From: Octopus sinensis
Taxonomy: Eukaryota
Direction of reading: 5' to 3'
Assembly (NCBI RefSeq): GCF_006345805.1
Contig: NC_043001.1
Span: forward strand, 13,888,001 to 13,952,000
Length of the DNA: 64,000 bases
Shown here piece after piece: positions 11,905 to 24,310 of the stretch. The translations under genes were made by a program, and so were the position numbers. Each line of letters begins with the position of its first letter. Position 1 is the stretch's first letter. A model generated the notes under the pieces. That model saw only the letters and a program-made list of their open reading frames with translations, had not been told where the DNA came from and made no database searches.

Positions 11905-12325
11905 AAAATCGTTTGCGCACTGGACAAAATGCATAGGGGCGTTTTGTCTGTCTTTACGTTCTGAGTTCAAATTCCGCCGAGGTCGACTTTGCCTTTCATC
12001 TTTTCGGGGTCGATAAATAAGTACCAATTACGCCCTGGCTTCGATGTAATAGACTTAATCCCTTTGTCTGTCCTTGTTTGTCCCGTCTATGTTTAGTCCC
12101 TTGTGGGCAATAAAGAAATAAGAGTCGTTTGCGCACCGAACAAAATGCTTAGTGGCGTTTTTGTCTGTCTTTACGTTCTGAATTCAAATTCTGCCGTAGT
12201 GAATTTTGCATTTCCTCCTTTCGGGGTTGATATCATATATACCAGTTGAGCACTTGGATCAGTATCATCGACTGGCTTTCTCCCACGAAATTGCTGGCCT
12301 TTTACCAAAATTTGAAACCGTTATT
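11905..12325 (+). mobile_element. SINE family C, older dimer
   Basis: Degenerate head and two body units. Confidence 0.7.
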
Positions 12326-12574
12326 TTCCTGTATATTGCAGGTTTGTGGTTCAACGTAAACACACAGTAATAACACGGTATTTATTAAAGTCCAATCCCA
12401 CGTGGTTTTTCTTCGCCTAAACGAAGAATTTAGAGGCAAGAAACTCAGAACAGACGTTTGTTGATACAAGGAACACATTTATAAGCTCTACATAGCGTAT
12501 TGCGGTTTACGAGACATATGTTTTAATATATAATGCTTTTACTATACTATGTAAAATATATTTACAGGAATAAA

Positions 12575-12905
12575 TGTGTGGTAAGTAGCTTGCTGACCAA
12601 CCATGTGGATCCGAGTTCAGTCCCTCTGCGTGGCAACTTGGGCAAGTGTGTTCTACAACAGCCTCAGGCCAACCAAAGCCTCGTGGGTGGATTTCATAGA
12701 CGGAAACTGAAAGAAGCCTGTCGTATATATATATTTATATATATGTATGTATGTACATGTTTGTCTCCTTGACAACTGATGTCCCCATAACTTAGCGGTT
12801 CGGCAAAAGTTACCGATAGAATAAGTACTAGCCTTACAAAGAATAAGTCCTAGGGGCGATTTGTTCGACTAAAGTTGATGCTCCAGCATGGCCGCAGTTA
12901 AATTA
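12575..12905 (+). mobile_element. SINE family B (partial)
   Basis: GTGTGGTAAGTAGCTTGCT...CTTGGGCAAGTGT...GACGGAAACTGAAAGAAGCC...CAGCATGGCCGCAGT. Confidence 0.8.
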
Positions 12906-13013
12906 CAAATAAAATAGTGCAAATCTTACATTTCGGTATATAAATATGTTAAATGTATATAAGCCGGAGAAACAAAATCGCCAACGATACACACGCGGTC
13001 ACATATATATATA

Positions 13014-13085
<72 letters not shown>

Positions 13086-13142
13086 GTGTATCGTTGGCGA
13101 TTTTCTTTCTCCGTCTTCCCTTGGATCTTTTCTTTTCCTATG

Positions 13143-13175
13143 TTTCTGACGAAGAGTTCCGCTCGAAACATTAAA
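13143..13175 (+). ncRNA. Degenerate minimal hammerhead motif in a PLE pseudo-LTR (~13085-13280)
   Basis: TTT-CTGACGA-A-GAG-ttccg-CTC-GAAA-C-AT-T-AAA; canonical core, but the stem III palindrome is broken (ACAT instead of ACGT). Confidence 0.5.
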
Positions 13176-13624
13176 TCCTCCTTCTTTCTTTCCTTTCCTG
13201 AGCATCCAATAACACTATACTTGTTCCACGTCCTCGCGCCGTTGTTGTTTTCTCTTTGTGTTTTCATGTTTGGATTAACTAATATATAATATATTATATA
13301 TATATATAATATATATATATATATTATATATATAATAGAATATCATAAAAATCCAAATCCATAAACAATAGTGCATATAGCACCTGCAATTGCTAGAAAT
13401 GAGAGCTAAAATATATAACTCGAATACCCAACAAAATCACCTACCTCATGAGATATTCAGGGACTGCGAGCAGCAAGCCACAACATCTTTCTTAGGCGAG
13501 ATAAACCTACAGAATGAAGTAGTTTCCAAATTTAATCAAAATGGTCTTGTTTCTCGTCAGGGATTTCCACAATATTCTCCGAGTTAAAGAGATACCTTGC
13601 TTCCAATTTGCTCATGAGAGAAAA

Positions 13625-13786
13625 AAAACCCGTTGAAAAGACCGGAGTGGACGCAAGCGCTAATATATGATTTATAAAAACATGTGACATACAGTATTAA
13701 TAAATATCTGTAAATATAAAACCATCCAGATTTCTGAGTACCTTGTTTCTTCTAATATATATAATACTGTACATCATTTCCAAACC

Positions 13787-13790
<4 letters not shown>
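13625..13790 (+). mobile_element. PLE pseudo-LTR family P2 (degenerate)
   Basis: TTGAAAA-GACC-ggag-TGGAC-GCAA-GCGCTA plus shared 3' body. Confidence 0.6.
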
Positions 13791-13842
<52 letters not shown>

Positions 13843-14402
13843 GCGGGAGTGGCTGTGTGGTAAGTAGCTCCAGTTCACTCAGCTGGCAAAAAAGGAGTTG
13901 TACCCGTAATTCAAAGGGGCCACCCTTTTCTCACTCTGTGTCACGGTGAATATCCGTAAGAACTTCGTTATGCGCATACGTGTTTGTGGTGTACACATTA
14001 ATTTTACGATCAAACAGGCCGTTGACCGTATCATCTGGAAAAGTCGCAATTCGAACCGACAGAGAGCCGAGCGTATTATATATATATTCAACCTCGGCTT
14101 CTCTGCTGACGAGACACGCCAGTTGTAAATAAATATAATTTAATTTAATTAATTTGTTTACCAAAGTTTGTCGAAACAATGCATAGTCCAGAGATGAAAT
14201 GTGTAAACGTTTTTATTTCTCTTTCAATTTCAGAATAACAACTATTTAGCGGTTTGAGTTTGGCTGCTCTTTCTAGTGAGTCGAATGTCCTATTATGGTC
14301 ATTCCTTATATTGTTGAATGTATATTATATAGTCTTAGACTATCTCTTCTTTCTCACTAGACCGCTGGTAGCGGAGAATTTTTTCTAGAATGTTTTGTGT
14401 TA

Positions 14403-14454
<52 letters not shown>

Positions 14455-15138
14455 TAGATATTTGTATGCTAGTACGTATATCAAGACACACACACACACA
14501 CAAAGGGACGCATATGAAGAGAGAGAGAGGTGATGAGAGAAGTAAAGAAAGAAACTGAATTATTGGGGACATAAACGAAAGTTTTGAGAATCTGTGAATG
14601 GTTAGAACAAATATATAAACTATTAAATAATTTCAGGAAAGGCATAAACTTGCATGTTACAGTTAACAAGACAATATGGCTCCAGAGGTTTGAAGAACTC
14701 ACATGTGAGAATGTAAATAATGGAGATACAGAAATATACAGAATTCTACGTACCACAATATAAAGTAATTTATCTGCATTCATTCCAGATATGCTCTGGA
14801 GCAATTCACCAATATGTAATCACGGTGTTTGTGTTTATCAATGGTGAAGGCATCAATCAGAGAGGTATCTATACTTATAGCGTTATTTTGTCATGACGAC
14901 GAATGGGATATTTGTATTTCAAGATTATAAATAATGTAATAAATTGGCCCAACGCCATAGAGTTTTAGCAGAGATAGAAATAGTAAGTTTATTCTAAGGC
15001 TGTATGTTAATAATGCTTATCATAACGTGTTCAAGGCCTTAGGAAAATTTTTGAGCAATTTATTTATATGAAATGATTTCATAATTATCGGGTATCGCTA
15101 GAACAGATTACTATGTAAACCCCGTTTGGCAACTTCAG

Positions 15139-15186
<48 letters not shown>

Positions 15187-15189
15187 GTT

Positions 15190-15870
15190 GTTGGATCCGG
15201 CGTTGCTAGTGTTCTCCGTGTTGAAGTTAAGCCGACCTCTGACATTGTATTAGATTTAAGAAAACATGTCCAACGCACCAAAAAAATTCTCCAGCGATGT
15301 TGCTTGAAATATGAGAACCGTGTGCAGTGGACATGCGCAGAAGGGTGTTGCTATAGCAACCAACTGATTTCCTGTAACTCCCTTCTATTATTACCCCTGT
15401 TCCGCCGTGTTGCCTTGATGTGCACTCTGAACTCCTGAATCTGACATTTCCGTAGATTTGTCTTCACGGAATTGTCTGCCTGCATTTGTTCCTTATGCAT
15501 GCATGCTGTTTTCTTGTCGGGCTTCCGATGTAGGATGTGCCACACTTGCCACAGATGATCTCATATACGACATAGGTCCTCCGGCACAATTCAGGGTCAT
15601 TGATGGGAAAGTTCGAAAATGTGCACTCTTCAGAGTAGTGAGGGGTGTTGTTCTTGGACAGATTTTTTCTCGGGGAAGGGCTAGTGTGCAATATCTGTAT
15701 GTCGAGTCTTTCTCTGCGGACTGCGTGTTGTATCGCTGCTGTAGTTCTGTCGTCAAAGTGTGGTAGCTTTTGGAAGCACGTACCAGACTTGGGAGTATGA
15801 TGGTTCCTCCGGAGTTTATTGATCTTGATGGTTTTTAGGCGCCATTGTTTAGCGAAAGATGGCGGATAGT
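15190..15870 (-). mobile_element. Penelope-like element 3' ORF remnant (GIY-YIG endonuclease)
   Basis: ORF 15464..15691 contains CRRTYVVYEIICGKCGTSYIGS (VVY...C..C..SYIG, GIY-YIG motif). Confidence 0.8.
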
Positions 15871-15874
15871 ATGG

Positions 15875-16875
15875 CTCGCGAAAAGCCGATAATTCCCAAA
15901 ACCGAGTTTAAGTAATTCTCAAAACCGGTTAAAAACCGGTTTTCGTGGATTTAGAGTGGTGCCCCCTGTAACGAAGAAGTTTGTCGTATATTGTATTTTG
16001 TTTATATACATACACAGAGAAAGAGAGAAAGTAACAGGTTGACTGATATCCACAAATATGTTGATGGCGCCGGTATCTGTATCTATGTACAAACAATAAC
16101 AAAAAATAATGGTATTATATTTATTTAATCAGGAATGCAACGGTTTTTCCAAGTCGTATTTTTGAGAATCAATCAAGTTTCTTGACTTGCTTGATGATTC
16201 ACTTTCCTTCGAAAATAATATTTTAAAAAACACAATGCATTCAGTGTTTTACCTGACAAACTTGTCCTAATTTTTGTGTTGAAAAGTTCAGTAATTGAAA
16301 AAGCTTTTTCTAACTGGACACTAGTCGCTTTAGTTGTAAGCAATACTCTATAAAGTTTCTCGAGCTTTTCTCTTCGAAGTTGCTTCAAAATATTCAAATT
16401 CTTTAGAGATTTCAAATCCATCTGTTACTATCTTGGGCTCTTCGTTCATTTTCTTCATTGCGCTTGTGTATTCACGAATGAGTCCATTATCTTCATAAGT
16501 AGATGGGACAACAGCAACACTTGTTTTTAGGTTCCCTCCTATTTCATTTTCTTCGTATAATTCTGTTGTGTTCCCAGGGTCATGTTCAGGAAATAATCTC
16601 CTGTATGTTTGTTCAGCAAACTTCCTTAAATGTTGTTTCGTTAAAAAAAGAAAAGGTTCAGAAATTGATTCTTCTTTAAACTTCCTTGGGTTATGTGAAT
16701 ACCTCAAGAGAGTCAAGGTTTCGACAATTCTTCTCTTATTATATTTATGTATAAGTCTTTCACGAAGATTTAAAGCCAAAGCGTTGCCGACGATATTAAG
16801 ATTATTCAATAAAAATTCTATAGAATATTCCGCTTTTAGTAAATCCGTATCATCAGCGCAAGTAGCCTTCAAAAT
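15875..16875 (-). mobile_element. hAT transposon 3' remnant (frameshifted transposase with hATC dimerisation domain)
   Basis: ORFs 16348..16872 and 16173..16421 join across a frameshift: ...EYFEATSKR/KLEKLYRVLLTTKATSVQLEKAFSITELFNTKIRTSLSGKTLNALCFLKYYF; subterminal AACCGGTT motifs near 15925-15945. Confidence 0.85.
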
Positions 16876-16989
16876 AATTTCTACTGGATGCAGAATTACA
16901 TATAGTATGAAATGTATATATCATACTATGGATGTAGTATATATATGGATGTAGTATATATGTGGATGTGGTATATACGAAGATGTATT

Positions 16990-17702
16990 TTGCCCTCAAG
17001 TGAGCAATAAAAGCAGAAGCGATTAGGTATAGCAAAGCACTAACCATAGATAGAAAGAGAGTAGAGGGTGAGCTAGTTAAGAAGCTAGAAGAGACGATTA
17101 GAAGTGGCAACGCATCCGATGTTTTGGCGGCGAACACGAAAGGTGTGTTGTCAGAGCTAGGATGCGTGCTCTAAGGAACTAAGGTGTTGAAGCTGCGTGA
17201 GAGGCCCGGGTGGCGGATGCGCAACAGGCCAAGAAAGCCACCATTCGGTCTCTGGTAGATGAACAGGGGCGCGAATTACTCGAGCCAAGTAAAATGTGTG
17301 AGGCCTTTCAACAGTATTTTGCCCGACTGTTCGGGACGAGTGGCGAGCGAGAACGCAGGGTGGACTTCATTGCCTACCTACATAGCTTGCCACGAATCTC
17401 GACAAGAGAGGCAGGTTGCTGCGAAGGTGCCATCACGGCAGCGGAAATGCGGGACGCGGTGACAGAATTCTCGAAGGGATAAATTGCCAGGTTTGGATGG
17501 TCTGCCCTACGAGCTTTACAGTTGTATGCCACACTTATTTGGAGACGCCTTGGCAGCGAAACGGGAGCATCCCCGGTTTTGTGGGCCGAGGAGTCGTACG
17601 TTGCAGAAGAAAGGACCCAAACAAGGGGAACGTAATAGACAACTTTAGGCCCATCACTCTGCTCAATGCAGACTTCAAAATTTTGGCAAAGGTGTTAGCC
17701 AA
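16990..17702 (+). mobile_element. L1/Tx1-clade LINE ORF2 fragment (start of RT)
   Basis: GC-rich island; LPGLDGLPYELY...KDPNKGNVIDNFRPITLLNADFKILAKVLAK. Confidence 0.85.
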
Positions 17703-18412
17703 ATGTAAATAATGTATATAATTCTTCATCTCTTAAATATAGAACAGTGAAGACCGCGTCTGATTATTTGAGAAAGGGTCAATCTAATACATTTAATCAG
17801 ACGGTGGTGTTAAAATAGGCGAAAGATTGAGCCTTCAAAACAGCAAATCTTGTAGTTTTTCTGTTTAAACAAAATTTCTTTAAGCGAACCAAAAAGAAAA
17901 TTTAGAGATTGCTGCAATGTGGGATTGAACTTGAGAAAAAATATTAATGAAGCGAACTTCTTAATCACAGTGTGATGATGTATCGCTGATATTTTGGAAC
18001 GATGTTTGGACGTTGGCTGTATATTCGACATAAATTTCTATTTCTAGAAAGTTCAATATATAAATGTTATGAAAAGTTTGACTTTTTAAAAACCAGCACT
18101 TTTTCAATCGTTTAAAATATACAACATTTAGGTAGACATTGTAATTATTTTATCGAGTTTATTTTATTATAAGTAACCGCTATTAGCCAATGTATATATA
18201 TAAAAAAAAATAGGAAATATTTCTTAAAGATAAATTTAAATACTTCGCATCTAATTATATCTTCGAGAGGAGAGCAAGTCGGTTTGAGATCATGAATTAG
18301 TCTTTTATAAAAAGAGAGAAATTAAATCTACTCTCAGGCGTTTCCTGTAACGCATTTGATTAAAGTACAAAAATATAATATCCTTCAGCCACGTATATAA
18401 TATATATGTATG

Positions 18413-18489
<77 letters not shown>

Positions 18490-18870
18490 TGTGTGTGTGT
18501 ATTATGACGATTATATTTTCTTTACTTTAGAGAAAATTTATGCTCAGATTGAAATATCATTTTGCGTTTTTTTTCCTCACGTGATTAAAACTTCTTCACA
18601 AAGATGATACTATTCGACATATATTTTCAATGATTAACAAAAAGAAATAAAAATAAGGTAAGTAGGAATGAGTGGCTGCTAAAAGCGAAATTTTGTGAAA
18701 ATAAATAGGATAAAAGTAAGATATAAATAGAGTAAGGTGAATGAAACCTCATAAACGTGCTCACAGCAGTTCTCCATTCATTTGGAAATTTAACATAAAA
18801 ACTTCTGAAAAATTTAAATAAAAAAAAGCACAGATGAGGGCAACAACTTCAACTCACTCATGTATATATA

Positions 18871-18911
<41 letters not shown>

Positions 18912-18962
18912 TATATATATATATGTATATATATATACATACTATATAGATATATATATAGG

Positions 18963-18998
<36 letters not shown>

Positions 18999-19055
18999 AT
19001 ACATACACACACACACACACACATACATACATACATACACAACAATATATATATA

Positions 19056-19302
19056 TTGGAAGAAATGAGGTACTCAGAAATCTGGATGGTTTTATATTTA
19101 CAGATATTTATTAGTATGTTACATGTTCTTAAAATCATATATCATATATTAGCGCTTCGTCCACTCTAAAGGAGTTGACAACTCCCCTAGAGTGGACGAA
19201 AGCGCTAATATATGATATAGGATTTATAAAAACATGTAACATACTAATAAATATCTGTAAATATAAAACCATCCAGATTTCTGAGTACCTCATTTCTTCC
19301 AA
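19056..19302. repeat. ~250-bp fold-back of two P2 pseudo-LTRs (head to head)
   Basis: Arms 19056-19168 and 19188-19302 are near-perfect reverse complements; the 19-nt spacer is itself palindromic. Confidence 0.9.
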
Positions 19303-19340
19303 TATATATATATATATATGTTTGTGTATGTATGTATGTA

Positions 19341-19391
<51 letters not shown>

Positions 19392-19424
19392 TATATATAT
19401 ATTATATATATATTATATATTATA

Positions 19425-19477
<53 letters not shown>

Positions 19478-19479
19478 AT

Positions 19480-19848
19480 ATATATATAAACGGCAGTTTT
19501 GTCTGTGCGTGTTTCTGTGTGTCTGTTGGCTTGTACCCTCACCCTGACCACGGCTTTCAACCGATTCTGATGAAACTTGACACCACATAGCCCAATGTCA
19601 TAATTTCAAACTAACGCAGCGAAAATTTTGAAAAGTTCCCCCAGTTCTGAAAAAATCGATAAATTCGACACGGGATCGAGAATCAGAAACACGAACCACA
19701 AACTGTCTAGGGGACGCAGCTCCACCTTTTTTAAATCTCAAAAAAAAATTTACCATCATTTTTTTGCTATTTTTTGGCTATAACTCTCTAAAAATGCTTT
19801 ATAGTTATTTCCCTTACAAACCTGAGCAACGCCGGGCGATACTGCTAG
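19480..19848 (+). mobile_element. Non-autonomous Helitron
   Basis: (TA)nAAACGGCAG 5' end, AACCGATTCTGATGAAACTTG internal motif, shared 3' hairpin plus CTAG|T. Confidence 0.8.
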
Positions 19849-20397
19849 TATCAACTAAAAGGGATATCAACTAAAAAGGGATATAAAAATCCAGGCAGGT
19901 ATCTATAAAGCACTCCGCGTAAAACGAATTTGTTTATCAATGTCCAACGATCAGACTCGGTCTTCACTGTTCTATGTTTAAGAGATGAGGAATTATGTAC
20001 ATTATTTACATTATTTACATTTACTAGTGAATGTTTGTAGAATAGACGTCCAATGTAATTCTTCACGCATGACAAGTAAATCCAAACATCGTTTAAGGGA
20101 ATTTCAAAAAACAATCGGAGAATAAGTCACAGAGAAGAATAGATAAAATCACATGACGTACCGACGATAGTTCTTGTGCCACTGGAAATTTGGCAAAAGT
20201 TTTATCAACGCATATTATATGTAGAATTAGCCAGGATCTCTACTCAAAATCTGTAAACACGCGTAGAACCAATAGAGTGAATTGTGTAATTCACGATAAT
20301 GGCAATTTACCTGAAGTAGACCTCGATACCTTTAAGTAAAAGTAATTGCAGATGTGATAATACTGTTAAGATATTAATTATAATACTTATAATAATC

Positions 20398-20970
20398 CTG
20401 AGCTGGCAGAAACGTTAGCACGCCGGGCGAAATGCTTAGCGGTATTTCGTCTGCCGCTACGTTCTGAGTTCAAATTTCGCCGAGGTCGACTTTGCCTTTC
20501 ATCCTTTCGGGGTCGATTAAATAAATACAGTTACGCACTGGGGTCGATATAATCGACTTAATTCCTTTGTCTGTCCTTGTTTGTCCCCTCTATGTTTAGC
20601 CCCTTGTAGGTAGTAAAGAAATAGGTATTTCGTCTGCCACCACGTTCTGAGTTCAAATTCCGCCGAGGACGACTTTACCTTTCATCCTTTAGGGGCCGAT
20701 AAATTAATTACCAGTTACGCACTTGGATCGATGTAATCGACTTATTCCGTTTGTCTGTCCTTGTTTGTCCTCTCTGTGTTTAGCCCTTGTAGGTTGTAAA
20801 GAAATAGATGATTCGTCTTTCATTACGTTCTGAGTTCAAATTCCGCCGAGGTCGACTTTACTTTACATCATTTCAGGGTCGATAAATTAAGTACCAGTTG
20901 CTTACTGGGGTCGATCTAATCGACTGGCCCCCCCTCACCCAAAATTTCAGGCCTTGTGCCTAGAGTAGAA
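20398..20970 (+). mobile_element. SINE family C trimer; last unit has the alternative tail
   Basis: Three bodies; final tail ...AAAATTTCAGGCCTTGTGCCTAGAGTAGAAA. Confidence 0.85.
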
Positions 20971-21149
20971 ACGAATAATCCTATCTTAATACCTACTCTT
21001 GTGAGGGGGATTAGTATTAATCCTTTTAAATACGAGTTCCACATACAAGTGAATAAATGCCTCTGTACTTAAATAACAAAATGATTTGTTCTTTAGAAAA
21101 TTAAGGTTTAAGGAAGAATAGAGTACATCAATGTAAGGTAATAACGTAG

Positions 21150-21420
21150 CACCATCAATATACAGGACGAGATGCTGCCAAATCTTGAATTTCAAGGGCC
21201 CACAGCTCTTCAGCATCCTCCCAAAAGGTCTGAGAATTGGTGTCGGTGTCTTCAAAACAAAACGGGACCTCCTCCTGTCAAAAGTTCCGGATAAACCTAC
21301 CTCGCGGTAAGAAATACAGATGCGAGCAGCAACATCACCCCCCGCCCCATTCACCAAACGCCAAACACCAGAGGAGGTTTAAAATAATGAAAGTGTAGCA
21401 AGGCTACCGGAGGTGCCCAT
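21150..21420 (+). mobile_element. CR1/L2-type LINE 3' end
   Basis: LNFKGPQLFSILPKGLRIGVGVFKTKRDLLLSKVPDKPTSR*EIQMRAA, typical ORF2 C-terminus. Confidence 0.7.
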
Positions 21421-22386
21421 GTATGTATGTATGTGTGTGTGTGTATGAGAGAGAGAGAGACGGAAAGAGAATCTTTATTATTCATTTTGATCATATTGAC
21501 GCATCGTACACCAGAGCCTAGTGAGTGAGATGTTATACAAACAGTCGTAGTGTATCGTAGGTGCAGCTGTGTATTGTCAGGTGACTTCACAAACTCTAGC
21601 TCGGTTTTTAATCTTCGTTTCGCTTATTTCTATTACGATATATTCTGGTAGTTGTTTTCTACGCGCCTACACAAGGAACTACGGGTCGAAACGATCATAA
21701 TGACTAATAAAGAGTCCTATGAATTCCGTTATCTTTCTCTCATATTTTTGTAAATTCTACGGAATAAAAGAATTCCTGAGGTAAACCCAGGGGCATATAA
21801 TCACCTACCGTTGATGATGACAGATAGGCGAACGGCTTTAAACGGCATACGACAAGGTGTATACTCGAATTTAAAATAAAATCATTACTATGCGATCGAA
21901 GATAGAAAAATAGGTAATAGGTGTATCTTCATATTTCAAGCATTTTTGCTCCTTCGTCAGTGCCACATTCACCATCCACGAACGCATTGCTTAAATACTC
22001 ATTAAGTTTAGTGGCGCAACATTGGAAAGAGAATTTGCGAATTAAACACATTGCTGGCTATTGTTTCGTGTATATTAATTGCTGGTAGAGACACCGTATT
22101 TCGTCTTGCAGCCTTAATATCCACCATTGTACATATATATGCATGTATGTGTGTGTTTGTAACAAAGTTTTGTTTAACTTTCTCCTACCTATTCACCTTC
22201 AGATTCATTTTCATAATATAGCTTGGCAAATGATATGCGTCTTTGCGATTATATATATATATAATATAATATAATATATATAATTTAAAATGTATGTGTA
22301 TATGTCTCTGTGTATAAATATATGCATATATAAATATGTATATATATATATATATATGTAAATATGTGTGAGTGTATATATATATG

Positions 22387-22417
<31 letters not shown>

Positions 22418-23249
22418 CTGTATAATTATATATATATGTATATATATGTAAATATGTGTGTAATATGTATGTGTCTGTGTATAAATATATACATATATAA
22501 ATATGTATATATATGTAAATATGTCTGTATAAATATATATATATAAGAGAATATGTGTACATGCGCAGTTGTGTGGATATGTGTGTAGACATTCGGCGGA
22601 AAGCATTAACAGAATTAATTCCAAATGAGTTACCAATAATTACGCTCCATAAAACTCATGTTTTTAGTGGTATTTCTGTGTGCGTGAATGTGTGAATATC
22701 CGTATATGTGTATACATGTATATTTATTTATATCTGCTTTTGTCTAAGCGGGTGAATTATTCTGGGTTGGGTGGTGCGGTTTAACTGACCAAAAAACAAT
22801 TCGAAGCGTAAACGTATACACTACAGAGAGCTGTAATTGTGCTTCCGAGAACAAGTTGATTCTGTAAAATTGCCAACTAGACAGATCATCAACTTTGTAT
22901 AACAGAAGGCTAAAATTTGAGATCGTAAAATCTACAGGCAGACAATTCTTATGATGTTATGTGAGGTGGTCATTTTCCTGAAGAGCACTTGTTTTTCTCT
23001 TGTGTTTTTCTTTTAATTAATCACTATTCTCTATTTCTCAGCGAAAATCTATTTTAGAACGAGTACCGTATTTTCCAGCTGCAATGTCAAGTTTTTCAGA
23101 CCAAATTTTACAGTTCAAATGAAGTAGGACCACATATACACCAACACGATTTTGCAGGGCCAAAAATTCCATGTGAAATGCAGCAGAATTTGAAAACATA
23201 AGGATGTTATTTGAATGCTTACACTATATGCTTGTTTCTTCTCGAGCCA

Positions 23250-23510
23250 TTAGTTTCCCGCTTTCCTTGGCGTATAGGTTCCCCACCTGGATGGGATGCT
23301 GTTCCTTTGCAGGTGAGCTGCAAGATGCATGAGGAAAAAGTGAGGGAAGGTTGTGGCGAAAGAGTCAGCAGAAGTTTTGCCATTACCTTCTGCCGGAGCC
23401 GCGTGGAGCATTAGTGTTTCACTCACAACCACACACATGGCCCGGTCTGAGATTCGAACCCGCGATCCCTCGACCGTGAGTCCACTGCTCTAACCACTAG
23501 GCCATGTGCA
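23250..23510 (-). mobile_element. SINE family A (tail type ii)
   Basis: tRNA-like head plus tail ...CCAGGTGGGGAACCTATACGCC; same type at 50711-51015. Confidence 0.8.
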
Positions 23511-23543
23511 TCCTCCTTACACTATATGTTTACTCCATATACT

Positions 23544-23921
23544 GTGGAGGCGCAATGGCTCAGTGCTTAGGGCAGCGGACTCGCTGGTATAGGATCGTGG
23601 TTTCGATTCCCAGACCTAGCATTGTTAGTCTTTATTGAGCGAAAACACCTGAAGCTCCACGAGACTCCGGCAGGGAGTAGTGGCGAACACTGCTGTACTC
23701 TTTCACCACGACTTTTTCTCACTCTTTCTTCCTGTTTCTCTTGTACCTGTATTTCAAAGGGCCAGTCTTGTCACACTCTGTGCTACGCTGAATCTCCCCA
23801 AGAACTACGTTAAGGGGTCACGTGTCTGTGGATTGCTCAACCACTTGCACCGTTAATTTCACGAGCGGGTTGTTCCGTTGATCGGATCAACTGGAACCCT
23901 CGTCGTAACCGACGGAGTACC
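23544..23921 (+). mobile_element. SINE family A (tail type iii)
   Basis: Head GTGGAGGCGCAATGG; tail ...GATCGGATCAACTGGAACCCTCGTCGTAACCGACGGAGT; 12-bp TSD ACTCCRTATACT. Confidence 0.85.
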
Positions 23922-24009
23922 ACTCCGTATACTACCTTCACTTTTATGCCGAAAACAATGGTAATAGCTTTAAACTAGCTTTAACATATTTTTAAGGTGC
24001 TATAAATAT

Positions 24010-24310
24010 TTTTTAATGCTGCCTTTTATATTTTTTAATGCTTGGGTGATAAAGTTTGTCTTGAAACGTTCGTCTATAAGTTCTCTGTATTTTTCTATCG
24101 ATTGCTTTATTGCTTCTAGACCTAGGGTGTGTGGTATGTTTGTGTATAGATTTGTGACATCAAAGCTTGCAAGTATGGTGTTTTTCGGGACTGTATTTGG
24201 AATGTGTGTGAGGAAGTCTATGTCATCCCTTATGTAGCTTGGTATCTGTGCGCATAAAGGTTTGAGGAGTACATCTATGATTGATAAGATCTTTGGGAAA
24301 ATATACCTCT
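24010..24310 (-). mobile_element. Penelope-like RT fragment
   Basis: Minus frame IPSYIRDDIDFLTHIPNTVPKNTILASFDVTNLYTNIPHTLGLEAIK (PLE RT SFDVTNLYTNIP motif). Confidence 0.9.

Noticed and set aside
21925-21965. Minus-strand CTGACGA...GAAA hammerhead candidate
   Set aside because: H17 would be G and there is no stem I pairing
23544-23620. tRNA-Arg gene (and similar heads elsewhere)
   Set aside because: tRNA-like head continues into a SINE body and tail with TSDs; no complete acceptor stem or terminator
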